A stretch of 64,000 nt of DNA from assembly GCA_963693055.1 (NCBI GenBank), contig OY843751.1:4160001-4224000 (forward strand), given 5' to 3'. Numbering within the stretch: position 1 is the first letter of the stretch; the number at the start of each line of letters is the position of its first letter. A program made the translations under genes and the position numbers. Shown here one piece after another: positions 55,819-64,000 of this stretch. The stretch is from a bacterium. GTDB taxonomy: Bacteria > Zhuqueibacterota > Zhuqueibacteria > Residuimicrobiales > Krinioviventaceae. The notes under the pieces were generated by a model that had not been told where the DNA came from, searched no databases, and worked only from the letters and a program-made list of their open reading frames with translations.

Positions 55819-58251
55819 ATGAAAAATATTTTAAATTACTCAATACTTTTACTTTTACTAGTACATATAAATGCATCAGCACAACACATAACAGATATCC
55901 TAGTCAACACCGAACCGGACACTAACGATTTCAAAGCCACATCCATTTCTCTGCATGTGCTTTCACCGGACAAATTTATGGTTATTTGGCATGATGATCG
56001 TGGAGTTCCTGATCAGGCATGGGCAAATATCTTTGATCAAAATGGAAATGAATTATATACCCCCTTTCAGGTTCCGGGAGACACATATGTCTCGGCTGAA
56101 GATGATAAATATACCATCCTAAGTAAATATTACTCTCAATCGGGAATCTTGGAAAACTATGATTTCCAACATTTTCAAGACGATACAAATATATCGGAAC
56201 AGAAAAATATTGAATCTATTTTATATAATCCATGTGATTATTTTAATCCAATTGAAAAAATTGAACTTTATCGAACACAAGAAAGAAACATCTGGATCAA
56301 AAATAACTGTGGTTCTATAAATATTGCAGTTCAAGATTCACATTTCTCAACTCTAATTCCTGATTTTTATCCACTTTACATAGATTATTGGGATAATGAA
56401 AACAATCATGGTTACGAAGAACTCGTATCAAATTATTCGATAGCACAAAATGATGATAAAAGCCAATCATGGATGCTAACACTTCACCCTGGAGTATTTT
56501 TAGATTTAATTAACATTGACAAGCCCATCTATTCAGATTTTACAGCAAAAAAAATATATCTGGACTCTATAGATTACGATTTTGAGCAATATTGGGCAAA
56601 TGCTCAGATGATAACAGATAGCACTATCTTGTTCTTATGGGCAACAAGAGATACACTAAGAACAATACAATTTGATACCAGCAGTACTATTCTTGAAAAA
56701 CAAAATTATTATATTGGTGACGATCAATACTATAACGAAATGTTTCATATTAGTAATGAATCAAAAAATACAAGATATTTATTGGCTGGAAATCATTTCA
56801 GGTCAAGAATTATAAAGATTAAAGACGATCAGGTTGAATTTATATCTGATAGTTTTCTCGACATGACGCAATTATACAATCGTAAAATGTTTACACAGAT
56901 GTTTTTAAATAAAGAGGAAGAATTATTTATACCTGCTGTTTATAACAATCAGGCTGAATTATTTAAAATCAAAAATGATTCTATTTCACAGTTTAAAACG
57001 TTAAAAGCTCCTGATACCGGGGCCAACCAGGAATGTTCACATATTCGTCCTATTGATGATAGTAATTTCACAGTGACATTTAAGGAATCCGGGAGTACAA
57101 AAACAGTTAAAATGTCAGTAGACGGTACAATTATCAATCAGGAAATGGATTTACCATCAACTAACGGCATGTTTTTTAATAATGGAACTGAGCTGATTAC
57201 ACTTTTCAAAGACATTGAATCAAACGCTTTACAGATGGAAAAATATGATTTACATACAAATACTATACTTTTAGAAAAAGCACTGTTTGACTCTACTCTC
57301 ACTTTTTATTTTGAAAAGCTGGATGCTTCATCATTTGTTGTTTTTAATCTATTGGAAAACAGGATTAATTTTGCAGCATTTAATTCTAACGGAGAAATGA
57401 TAGATGAAACTAGTATTCTCAATCCATTTAACAACGGTGAACAATTTAAAATAGCAAAATTACCTGATACTAAAATCTGGTTTCATTCAAATTTTAATTA
57501 TTTTTTATTTGATCCGCAATCATTCAGTGTTCAGACATTTTCGGGTTTATATGGGCAATCAAAATTCTTCCCGGTTACTGAATCCAAACTTGTCAATTAC
57601 AGAAATGGTACGTTTACAATCATTGACACATCAGGATCAATCACAAAACAAACCGAAACAAATACATCATTCGAGTTTATAGAACCTTTTAGTGTTCTTC
57701 CTATTAGTGATGATACATTTTTGTTCAATTCTGCTTATTCAGCTAAATTTCAACTAATTACAACTGAATTGGAGTTTTACACACAAAGCACGCTAAGCTG
57801 TTTTCCTCAAAAAAGTTATTATAACATGACCAATTTCACAAGCAAATGTATCGGCAACCACATCGTCTTTGCCTGTACCGATATCCGCGATTCCGAAACC
57901 GGACAAAACGTCTATGCCAGCATTTTCAACATTAACGATCTCATCACCGGCATTGACGACGACCCAATATCCCAACAGATTCCGAGCCGGTTCAGCTTGT
58001 CCGACCCATCACCCAATCCCAGCAGAGCGGGACAATCGATCACCTTTCAGTTGGATATACATAAACAATCCAAAATGGATTTCCAATTGTACAATATTCT
58101 GGGACAGCGAATCCATACTTTTAACCGGCAGTTCAACACGGGGCAACAGTCCGTCAGGTTCCAACTGCCCAATCTGGCAGCCGGGATCTATTTTCTCAAA
58201 GCAACGGACAGCCAGCAGGCCATTATCAAAAAAATCGCAGTGGTTCGATAA
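55819..58251 (+). CDS. Tandem paralog of the above, same CTD
   Basis: Signal peptide ASA|Q; shared QHITDILVNTEPD start and a near-identical last 133 aa. Confidence 0.85.
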   Translation: MKNILNYSILLLLLVHINASAQHITDILVNTEPDTNDFKATSISLHVLSPDKFMVIWHDDRGVPDQAWANIFDQNGNELYTPFQVPGDTYVSAEDDKYTILSKYYSQSGILENYDFQHFQDDTNISEQKNIESILYNPCDYFNPIEKIELYRTQERNIWIKNNCGSINIAVQDSHFSTLIPDFYPLYIDYWDNENNHGYEELVSNYSIAQNDDKSQSWMLTLHPGVFLDLINIDKPIYSDFTAKKIYLDSIDYDFEQYWANAQMITDSTILFLWATRDTLRTIQFDTSSTILEKQNYYIGDDQYYNEMFHISNESKNTRYLLAGNHFRSRIIKIKDDQVEFISDSFLDMTQLYNRKMFTQMFLNKEEELFIPAVYNNQAELFKIKNDSISQFKTLKAPDTGANQECSHIRPIDDSNFTVTFKESGSTKTVKMSVDGTIINQEMDLPSTNGMFFNNGTELITLFKDIESNALQMEKYDLHTNTILLEKALFDSTLTFYFEKLDASSFVVFNLLENRINFAAFNSNGEMIDETSILNPFNNGEQFKIAKLPDTKIWFHSNFNYFLFDPQSFSVQTFSGLYGQSKFFPVTESKLVNYRNGTFTIIDTSGSITKQTETNTSFEFIEPFSVLPISDDTFLFNSAYSAKFQLITTELEFYTQSTLSCFPQKSYYNMTNFTSKCIGNHIVFACTDIRDSETGQNVYASIFNINDLITGIDDDPISQQIPSRFSLSDPSPNPSRAGQSITFQLDIHKQSKMDFQLYNILGQRIHTFNRQFNTGQQSVRFQLPNLAAGIYFLKATDSQQAIIKKIAVVR

Positions 58252-58275
58252 ACACTTTTAACGAGGTATACACGA

Positions 58276-59349
58276 TTGAAATTTGCTTTTTACATTTTAA
58301 TATTGCTCATAATTCTAATGGCGTGTTCATTACCTGTAAAAGAGGAATCCTCCGAATATTTCTATTATGAATCTTTTATTTCGCTTATTTCAATAGATGG
58401 AGAAAATTTTGAAACGCTTGTAAATCATGCCGGTGGTGCAGAAGCTTCAAGTGCGGATATATATTGGTTGGGTGATAAATCCCAATTTCTAGTCAACCGT
58501 GATGATCTATATATTTACGATCTTGAAGGAACGCTTGTTAAAGAAATCAGAATACCGGACAATATTATTGACATTGATACTAGTCCCAATGGGGATAATA
58601 TAGCTATTAGATGTGGCGGTGACAGTTCAGATTTGTACATGATTGACACAGAATCATTTGAAATGAAAAAAATCACAAATACGCCATCAATTGTCGAACG
58701 TTACCCACGTTTCTCAAGTGATGGTAAAAAAATTGTATATGTATGCGTATTTGATACAGAGGACCAGGAGAAACCAGCTATCAAATTGTATGATATGGAT
58801 TCAGACAGCTCGGTAACGCTGATAACAGTAAAAGAGGAGAACCTGCATTTTAATCCCTTTGAATCACCCTGTTTTGGCAAAGATGATAAAATCATTTATT
58901 ACATGAACAACTATAATAATGAGATCAATTACGGGGGCACTACAACGCTTTACAGTTATAATTTAATTACCGGTGAAAAACGAAAAATAGACGAGAATAC
59001 AGCCTCGGCGTCCAAAATGAAATATGCAACAAAGGGTGACCGGCTGGTTTACCTCACAAATGAACCCTTTAGAGGAATCAAAGTGTTTGACGCAAACACA
59101 CAAAACTTTTATAATTTGGGAGATACAATACATGAAGAATGTAGGGCCATTGGTCCCAATCAGATACTGAATATTAATTCACAAGGCACGCATGTAATTG
59201 CAGGAACTGATTATTGTAGCAACACCCATATATATGCAATAGACATCGAAAAAGCAGAATACAAAGAAATTGCTTTGGGTACATCACCCGCATTGAACAA
59301 AGATGACAAGACAATTTTATTCGTAAAAACATTTAAAAATAAATACTAG
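58276..59349 (+). CDS. TolB-like / PD40 beta-propeller lipoprotein
   Basis: LMAC lipobox; SPNGDNIA, YPRFSSDGKKIVY. Confidence 0.75.
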   Translation: MKFAFYILILLIILMACSLPVKEESSEYFYYESFISLISIDGENFETLVNHAGGAEASSADIYWLGDKSQFLVNRDDLYIYDLEGTLVKEIRIPDNIIDIDTSPNGDNIAIRCGGDSSDLYMIDTESFEMKKITNTPSIVERYPRFSSDGKKIVYVCVFDTEDQEKPAIKLYDMDSDSSVTLITVKEENLHFNPFESPCFGKDDKIIYYMNNYNNEINYGGTTTLYSYNLITGEKRKIDENTASASKMKYATKGDRLVYLTNEPFRGIKVFDANTQNFYNLGDTIHEECRAIGPNQILNINSQGTHVIAGTDYCSNTHIYAIDIEKAEYKEIALGTSPALNKDDKTILFVKTFKNKY

Positions 59350-59385
59350 AGTTCATTTCCTCAATACATTTATAAAGAAAAAACA

Positions 59386-59943
59386 ATGTTTTTCATCCCA
59401 TCCCCCAAAACCGTCAAATCGACCATTCTCCATACAAAATCAAATAACCCTAACCGGTTCATTGACGAGTGGAATTATCGAAAAACAAAGAGAAACAACT
59501 ATTTAAATCTGGGAAAAATTATAACTTTTTTTGTATTCCTTACTTTTGCAGGTCGAATCAGCTATACTGTCTTTTTCTCAATGTTTGACAATACAGGCTA
59601 TCAACTGGTATTACACAAAAAAGAGATCAAACTACCCTCAGCAGTTAAACAGGAGGCCCTTGCCGGTATCCGCCATCTGGATTGTGCCATTATCTCTGTT
59701 GATATTGCAGGTGCTATCCATTATCAAAACACAACCGTAAATCCTGCAATATTAAAAAAAGAATTGATAGAATGGTCGGGCAGACGACATGGAGATCCAC
59801 ACTCAATTGGTCCCAATGTCATTCTCATAATCGATAAAGACTGTAATATGGAACATGTGCATAAAGTATTTGCAGTATTGAAAGAAATTGATAAACGGAA
59901 TATCATGTACCTCGCCCGGAGCAAAAACAATATCCCGGATTAA
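59386..59943 (+). CDS. ExbD/TolR-like domain membrane protein (orphan)
   Basis: One TM; IKLPSA, ISVDIAGAIHY, VILIIDKDCNMEHVHKVFAVLKE. Confidence 0.65.
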   Translation: MFFIPSPKTVKSTILHTKSNNPNRFIDEWNYRKTKRNNYLNLGKIITFFVFLTFAGRISYTVFFSMFDNTGYQLVLHKKEIKLPSAVKQEALAGIRHLDCAIISVDIAGAIHYQNTTVNPAILKKELIEWSGRRHGDPHSIGPNVILIIDKDCNMEHVHKVFAVLKEIDKRNIMYLARSKNNIPD

Positions 59944-60017
59944 TCCCCCTTATCATATATTTACATCTTTGATTATCTGTATCCGTGTCCACCCACTGAA
60001 CTTGCGGATACCGTGTT

Positions 60018-60141
60018 GAATATATCTTCGGGATATTTGTCCCGGATTACTGTATCCATCCGTTTGAATCTGTGGCTAAAAGCTGATGGCTTATAGCTGA
60101 CAGCTAACAGCTTTTCTTCTGATAACTGCCAACTGATTACT
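60018..60141. repeat. Composite repeat homologous to 51317-51423
   Basis: GAATAT-N6-GGGATATTTGTCCCG...GTGGCTAAAAGCT...ACAGCTTTTCTTCTGA + heptamers. Confidence 0.7.
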
Positions 60142-60154
60142 TTTCCGTCTCCCG

Positions 60155-60928
60155 TCAATCCCTTTTTCCCTGCATCAACCGGGTGTACACACCATGCGGT
60201 AACAATTTTATAAATTTACCAAACATTGACATCCGGTACGGGAAATGGATCTCTAACTTGCCTTTTTCAAGACCGCGGATAATTCTGGCTGCTGCCTTGT
60301 CCGTATCCATCAAAAATGGCATTTGGAATGTGTTCCGGTCCGTGATCTCGGATTTCACAAATCCCGGTGAAATAATCACACATTTTACACCGGTCCTCCA
60401 GAGATCAATACGCAAACTCTCCATTAGATTGTACAGCGCCGCCTTGCTGGAACAATATGGCGCGGATTCCGGCATTCCCCGGTACGCGGCCAGACTCGTA
60501 ACGGCTGCAATGGTTCCGCGTTTACGCTCAATCATCCCCGGCAACAGATATTTCAGAAAATACAATGTATGAAAATAATTGACCTTGAATTCATGATGAA
60601 AATGGTCCAGATTGATATCGTTTACATTAAATCCAAAACTCATTCCAGCGTTCATTAAAAGCAGATCAATCTCGGTTCCCTCTTCCAATAAAGACTCGCA
60701 CACATGCTGCACGGCTTTTTCATCGCTAACATCACAAGGGAAAAACAAATGCTGATCCAGATTGGGCAAAGATTTTACCAGCTCCAGCAGCCGGTCTTCC
60801 CGACGTGCTACCAGGATTAAACGATTTCCTTTTTGCGCCAACTGAACTGCCAGTTCCCTGCCAATCCCGGATGACGCACCCGTGATCAGTATCGTCTTGT
60901 TCGATATAGTTTCGTTACTCAATTTCAA
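60155..60928 (-). CDS. SDR family NAD(P)-dependent oxidoreductase
   Basis: ITGASSGIG, NAG, YCSSK, PGFV. Confidence 0.95.
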   Translation of the reverse strand: MKLSNETISNKTILITGASSGIGRELAVQLAQKGNRLILVARREDRLLELVKSLPNLDQHLFFPCDVSDEKAVQHVCESLLEEGTEIDLLLMNAGMSFGFNVNDINLDHFHHEFKVNYFHTLYFLKYLLPGMIERKRGTIAAVTSLAAYRGMPESAPYCSSKAALYNLMESLRIDLWRTGVKCVIISPGFVKSEITDRNTFQMPFLMDTDKAAARIIRGLEKGKLEIHFPYRMSMFGKFIKLLPHGVYTRLMQGKRD

Positions 60929-61604
60929 AATCCTTTAATTTTAATGCTTCATAAACATAAGAATTTGATCCCTGACCCCATTCAAGAAATGAAATCCCAA
61001 ATTCTTTAACAAATTCAACATTGGTCACTTCATAGTACGGATAATAGTCAGTCCCTCTGATATAAAGTGTATCTGTTGTTATTTGGCTGAAATTTTCTAA
61101 TACGTAATTATTGATTGAAAGGTTCCAACTGGTTTCATATTGGATCTCATAAATCACTGTATCATATTTTACAATTTGAAACTGTTTTGAATCAGAATAA
61201 TTAAAATTCGTATCCGGTTCAATGGATGGATTATCAAAAAAGTAATGAATGGATATTCCGGCAACCTGTGCATCAACAGCATAATATTCCAGGGTATCAA
61301 TCAATGCAGAGTCAATAACAGTCCAATCCATTTCACCGTAAATATCCCATGATTCACTTGTAACTCCACTTTTAATTTCTTTCACATATTCATAGGTCCA
61401 AACATTACCGGTTTTTAGGGGCAGATATGCACTATTCAATCCCGTAATTGGTTCAGGTGCAGGTTCTTCCGGAACAGACACCGTATCAACATCGGTAACT
61501 GGTTCAGGTTCTGATACATTTGATAATGGAAATTTTTCACGTTCGCAAAACATAAAAAGGAGTGAGATATAAACAAAACATAATAGTAATATGATCTTTT
61601 TCAT
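60915..61604 (-). CDS. Hypothetical exported protein / lipoprotein
   Basis: Hydrophobic N-terminus with Cys, Pro/Glu linker, YLPLKTGNVWTY motif. Confidence 0.75.
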   Translation of the reverse strand: MKKIILLLCFVYISLLFMFCEREKFPLSNVSEPEPVTDVDTVSVPEEPAPEPITGLNSAYLPLKTGNVWTYEYVKEIKSGVTSESWDIYGEMDWTVIDSALIDTLEYYAVDAQVAGISIHYFFDNPSIEPDTNFNYSDSKQFQIVKYDTVIYEIQYETSWNLSINNYVLENFSQITTDTLYIRGTDYYPYYEVTNVEFVKEFGISFLEWGQGSNSYVYEALKLKDFEIE

Positions 61605-61639
61605 ATTTCCCCCTGGTGCAAGTATGGTACAATAATATA

Positions 61640-62257
61640 TTATCGAAGGTCTATCAATTCGTACTGGTCCAAATTGGAGATTTTAAAATCATCTGCGGTG
61701 AGTTTGGTATCCAAATCCACAGAATCAACTTTATAGGTGGTTTCGTTCTCATTTGCGTCAATCTGCAAAACCTTGTTGATCAGTTTGGAATCTTTATCTA
61801 CCCACAAATGCACCTGACGCACAAATTCATCCTGGCTTTTAGCAGTCAAATGTAAATGCACAATCCCCGATTTTTCTTCAACCCATTCAGCATTATAATC
61901 AGTAATATATTTCTCAATAAAGCTCTTTAAAAAAGGCTGATCTCCACCCTGCTTGGCATCATTCACAATCACCTGATTATTGGCATAACTTAGTGTATAC
62001 AAAGCCTTGCCATCATTAATGATCAGATTATCGGGATTCTCAAAACGAAATTTTTCACCATCCTGCACAAATATCTTGCCGGCAATGGTAATCTCTTCTT
62101 TTGTCAGCTTCCACAAAAATTTCTGAGTAAAATTTATGCTTAAATCCTTGTTAGATTTATAGGTCTTTTGCACATCTTTTAAAAGGTCATTGGCATCATC
62201 TTTGGCAAATGCCAGAGATACAAAACCAATCAATATCAATATTAAAATTTTCTTCAT
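61640..62257 (-). CDS. lolA: Outer-membrane lipoprotein carrier protein LolA family
   Basis: Directly after ftsK; NFTQK..GKIFV..KFRFE..IINDGK..NNQVIV; start moved to 62257 after GAGG. Confidence 0.85.
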   Translation of the reverse strand: MKKILILILIGFVSLAFAKDDANDLLKDVQKTYKSNKDLSINFTQKFLWKLTKEEITIAGKIFVQDGEKFRFENPDNLIINDGKALYTLSYANNQVIVNDAKQGGDQPFLKSFIEKYITDYNAEWVEEKSGIVHLHLTAKSQDEFVRQVHLWVDKDSKLINKVLQIDANENETTYKVDSVDLDTKLTADDFKISNLDQYELIDLR

Positions 62258-62270
62258 TCTCAAGGTTCCT

Positions 62271-64000
62271 CTATTCAAGATACTCATCATCATCGTCACT
62301 CATATTATCCACCGCGCCGTTTTCCATAGCTTCCAATTCTTCGGGCGAGATCAAAACTTCACGTGCTTTACTTCCTTCAAACGGACCTACTACACCTGCG
62401 TCTTCAAGTTCATCTATGATCCGTGCAGCACGTGAATACCCGACTTTGAGACGTCGTTGTATCAACGATACAGATCCCTGCTGGTGTCGCACAACTAACT
62501 TGAGCGCTTCATTAAACAAAGCGTCCCGATCTCCGCTTATTCCACCATAACTGGATGTTTCTTCAGCTTCCGTATAGAGAGGAAGCGGTTTTTTATCTAC
62601 CGGAGATTGGTGACGAATATGTTCAATAATACTCTCAATCTCGTTCAAGTTTATAAACGCACAATGGATACGAATTGTTTCAGGACTCGCAGGAGGTAAA
62701 TACAACATATCACCACGGCCCAATAATTTTTCCGCTCCGTTTGTATCCAGAATGGTCCGGGAATCAATCTTGGAAGCTACCTGAAACGCCATACGCGCCG
62801 GAAAGTTTGCCTTGATCACACCTGTAATTACATCAACAGAGGGACGTTGTGTAGCTAAAATCAAATGGATCCCCACAGCACGAGACATCTGGGCCAATCT
62901 AGCAATAGGCTCTTCAACCTCTTTGGAGGCTTGCGAGGTCATCATCAAATCCGCAAGCTCATCAACAACGACAACCATATAAGGCAATGTTTTGGTTTCT
63001 TCTTCACCTTCAGCCTGATATATGCCATCACGAATACGTTCATTATATTCTTCAATATTTCGAACACCCGCACCGGCCAACTTTTCGTAACGCCGCTCCA
63101 TCTCCTGTTCTACAGACTTGAAAACCTGTATAGCAGACTTGGCAGATGTAGCTACTTTTTCCTTCGATCCCTGCACATAGCTCAAATGGTGCCTGAACAA
63201 TTTGGCATAATTTGACAATTCCAATCGTTTCGGATCAATCAGCACAAACTGAACTTCTTCCGGTGTAGCTTTGTACAAAAAGCTCATAATGATGGTATTC
63301 AAACACACACTCTTGCCAGATCCGGTAGCACCCGCAACGAGCAAGTGCGGCATTTTAGCAAGATCGGCAATAAACGGTTTGCCTGATATCGTTTTACCCA
63401 CAGCTATAGTCAGCGGAGATTTGGCTTCCTGAAATTCCGGTGTCTCTACAATTTCCCTGAGGAATACAGTTGCAGGATTCATGTTCGGCAATTCCACACC
63501 CACTGCCGCCTTACCGGGCACAGGTGCAACAATACGGATTCGCTTTGCCCGCATGGTCATAGCAAGATCGTCTGCTAATGCGGTAATTCGCGAGACTTTA
63601 ACACCTGGGGCCGGTTCAAGTTCATATCGGGTAATCACAGGCCCGGGATGAATTTCCAATACAGTGGTTTTGATTCCAAAATCCGCCAGCTTGTCTTCAA
63701 GCATCCGTGCATTAGCCTGTAGCATATCTTCATCCACATAATCTTCCTGATCATCAGGATAAAACATCAAATCCATAGGTGGCTTTTCATAAGGTCTTCC
63801 GGGTGGTGGTGGCGGTTCTTCATCCAAATCAACTTCATCTTCTTCAGATATTTTCGCTTTATTGCCCAGTTCCAGATTCAACTGTTCTTTCAAAGCTCCA
63901 ATCTTTGCGGGATCAATAGGCGCTTTTTGCTGCTGCAACTCTTCGTCATATCCGGGATCCGATTCTCCATATTCGGGATCATAATCAATAACCGGCTTGG
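62271..64000 (-). CDS. ftsK: DNA translocase FtsK (5' part beyond window)
   Basis: PHLLVAGATGSGKS, VVDELADLMM, ATQRPSVDV, gamma domain QRRLKVGYSRAARIID; frame open to the window edge. Confidence 0.98.
   Translation of the reverse strand, partial: KPVIDYDPEYGESDPGYDEELQQQKAPIDPAKIGALKEQLNLELGNKAKISEEDEVDLDEEPPPPPGRPYEKPPMDLMFYPDDQEDYVDEDMLQANARMLEDKLADFGIKTTVLEIHPGPVITRYELEPAPGVKVSRITALADDLAMTMRAKRIRIVAPVPGKAAVGVELPNMNPATVFLREIVETPEFQEAKSPLTIAVGKTISGKPFIADLAKMPHLLVAGATGSGKSVCLNTIIMSFLYKATPEEVQFVLIDPKRLELSNYAKLFRHHLSYVQGSKEKVATSAKSAIQVFKSVEQEMERRYEKLAGAGVRNIEEYNERIRDGIYQAEGEEETKTLPYMVVVVDELADLMMTSQASKEVEEPIARLAQMSRAVGIHLILATQRPSVDVITGVIKANFPARMAFQVASKIDSRTILDTNGAEKLLGRGDMLYLPPASPETIRIHCAFINLNEIESIIEHIRHQSPVDKKPLPLYTEAEETSSYGGISGDRDALFNEALKLVVRHQQGSVSLIQRRLKVGYSRAARIIDELEDAGVVGPFEGSKAREVLISPEELEAMENGAVDNMSDDDDEYLE

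Noticed and set aside
55362-58251. Diversity-generating retroelement (VR/TR pair) in the 402-bp C-terminal repeats
   Set aside because: Mismatches include many C/T and G/T changes rather than being adenine-restricted, both copies are coding, and no reverse transcriptase is in the window
59973-60158. 61-aa ORF overlapping the SDR stop
   Set aside because: Composed of heptamer/composite repeat sequence; 51170-51418 is rejected for the same reason
61640-64000. ftsK-lolA adjacency as a novelty
   Set aside because: Widely conserved gene order; ordinary housekeeping context

Overview
AT-rich bacterial chromosomal segment. CTD-bearing secreted proteins (NYPNPFNP / PSPNP...YNILGQ), many lipoproteins and a CAZyme load suggest a KSB1/Calditrichota-like FCB-related lineage (inference only). 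Left half: a truncated PQQ-type beta-propeller gene, two cold-shock genes, a TetR-MFP-RND-TolC efflux operon, a membrane-anchored regulator divergent from a DoxX / internal twin-arginine / TIM-barrel fusion, small STAS/SEC14-like proteins, flavodoxin, an ECF sigma / anti-sigma / 29-aa-repeat operon, ggt, ROK, a BAHD-like acyltransferase, an atypical GH28 and a broken sulfatase. Right half: a tandem expansion of PA14-tailed lipoprotein glycosidases (2 BNR/sialidase-like, 3 GH78), lctP, a second GH28, two secreted paralogs with near-identical ends but divergent cores, and ftsK-lolA. I found no rRNA, tRNA, CRISPR array, transposase or reverse transcriptase. The least explained signals are: (i) intergenic DNA from 32 to 60 kb built from several modular repeat families (heptamer arrays abutting stop codons, a two-hairpin module with stem covariation, REP-like palindromes); (ii) the conserved-ends / variable-core secreted gene pair; (iii) the putative Sec+Tat dual-targeted DoxX fusion with its membrane-tethered regulator. 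All calls are by eye; no database search was run.
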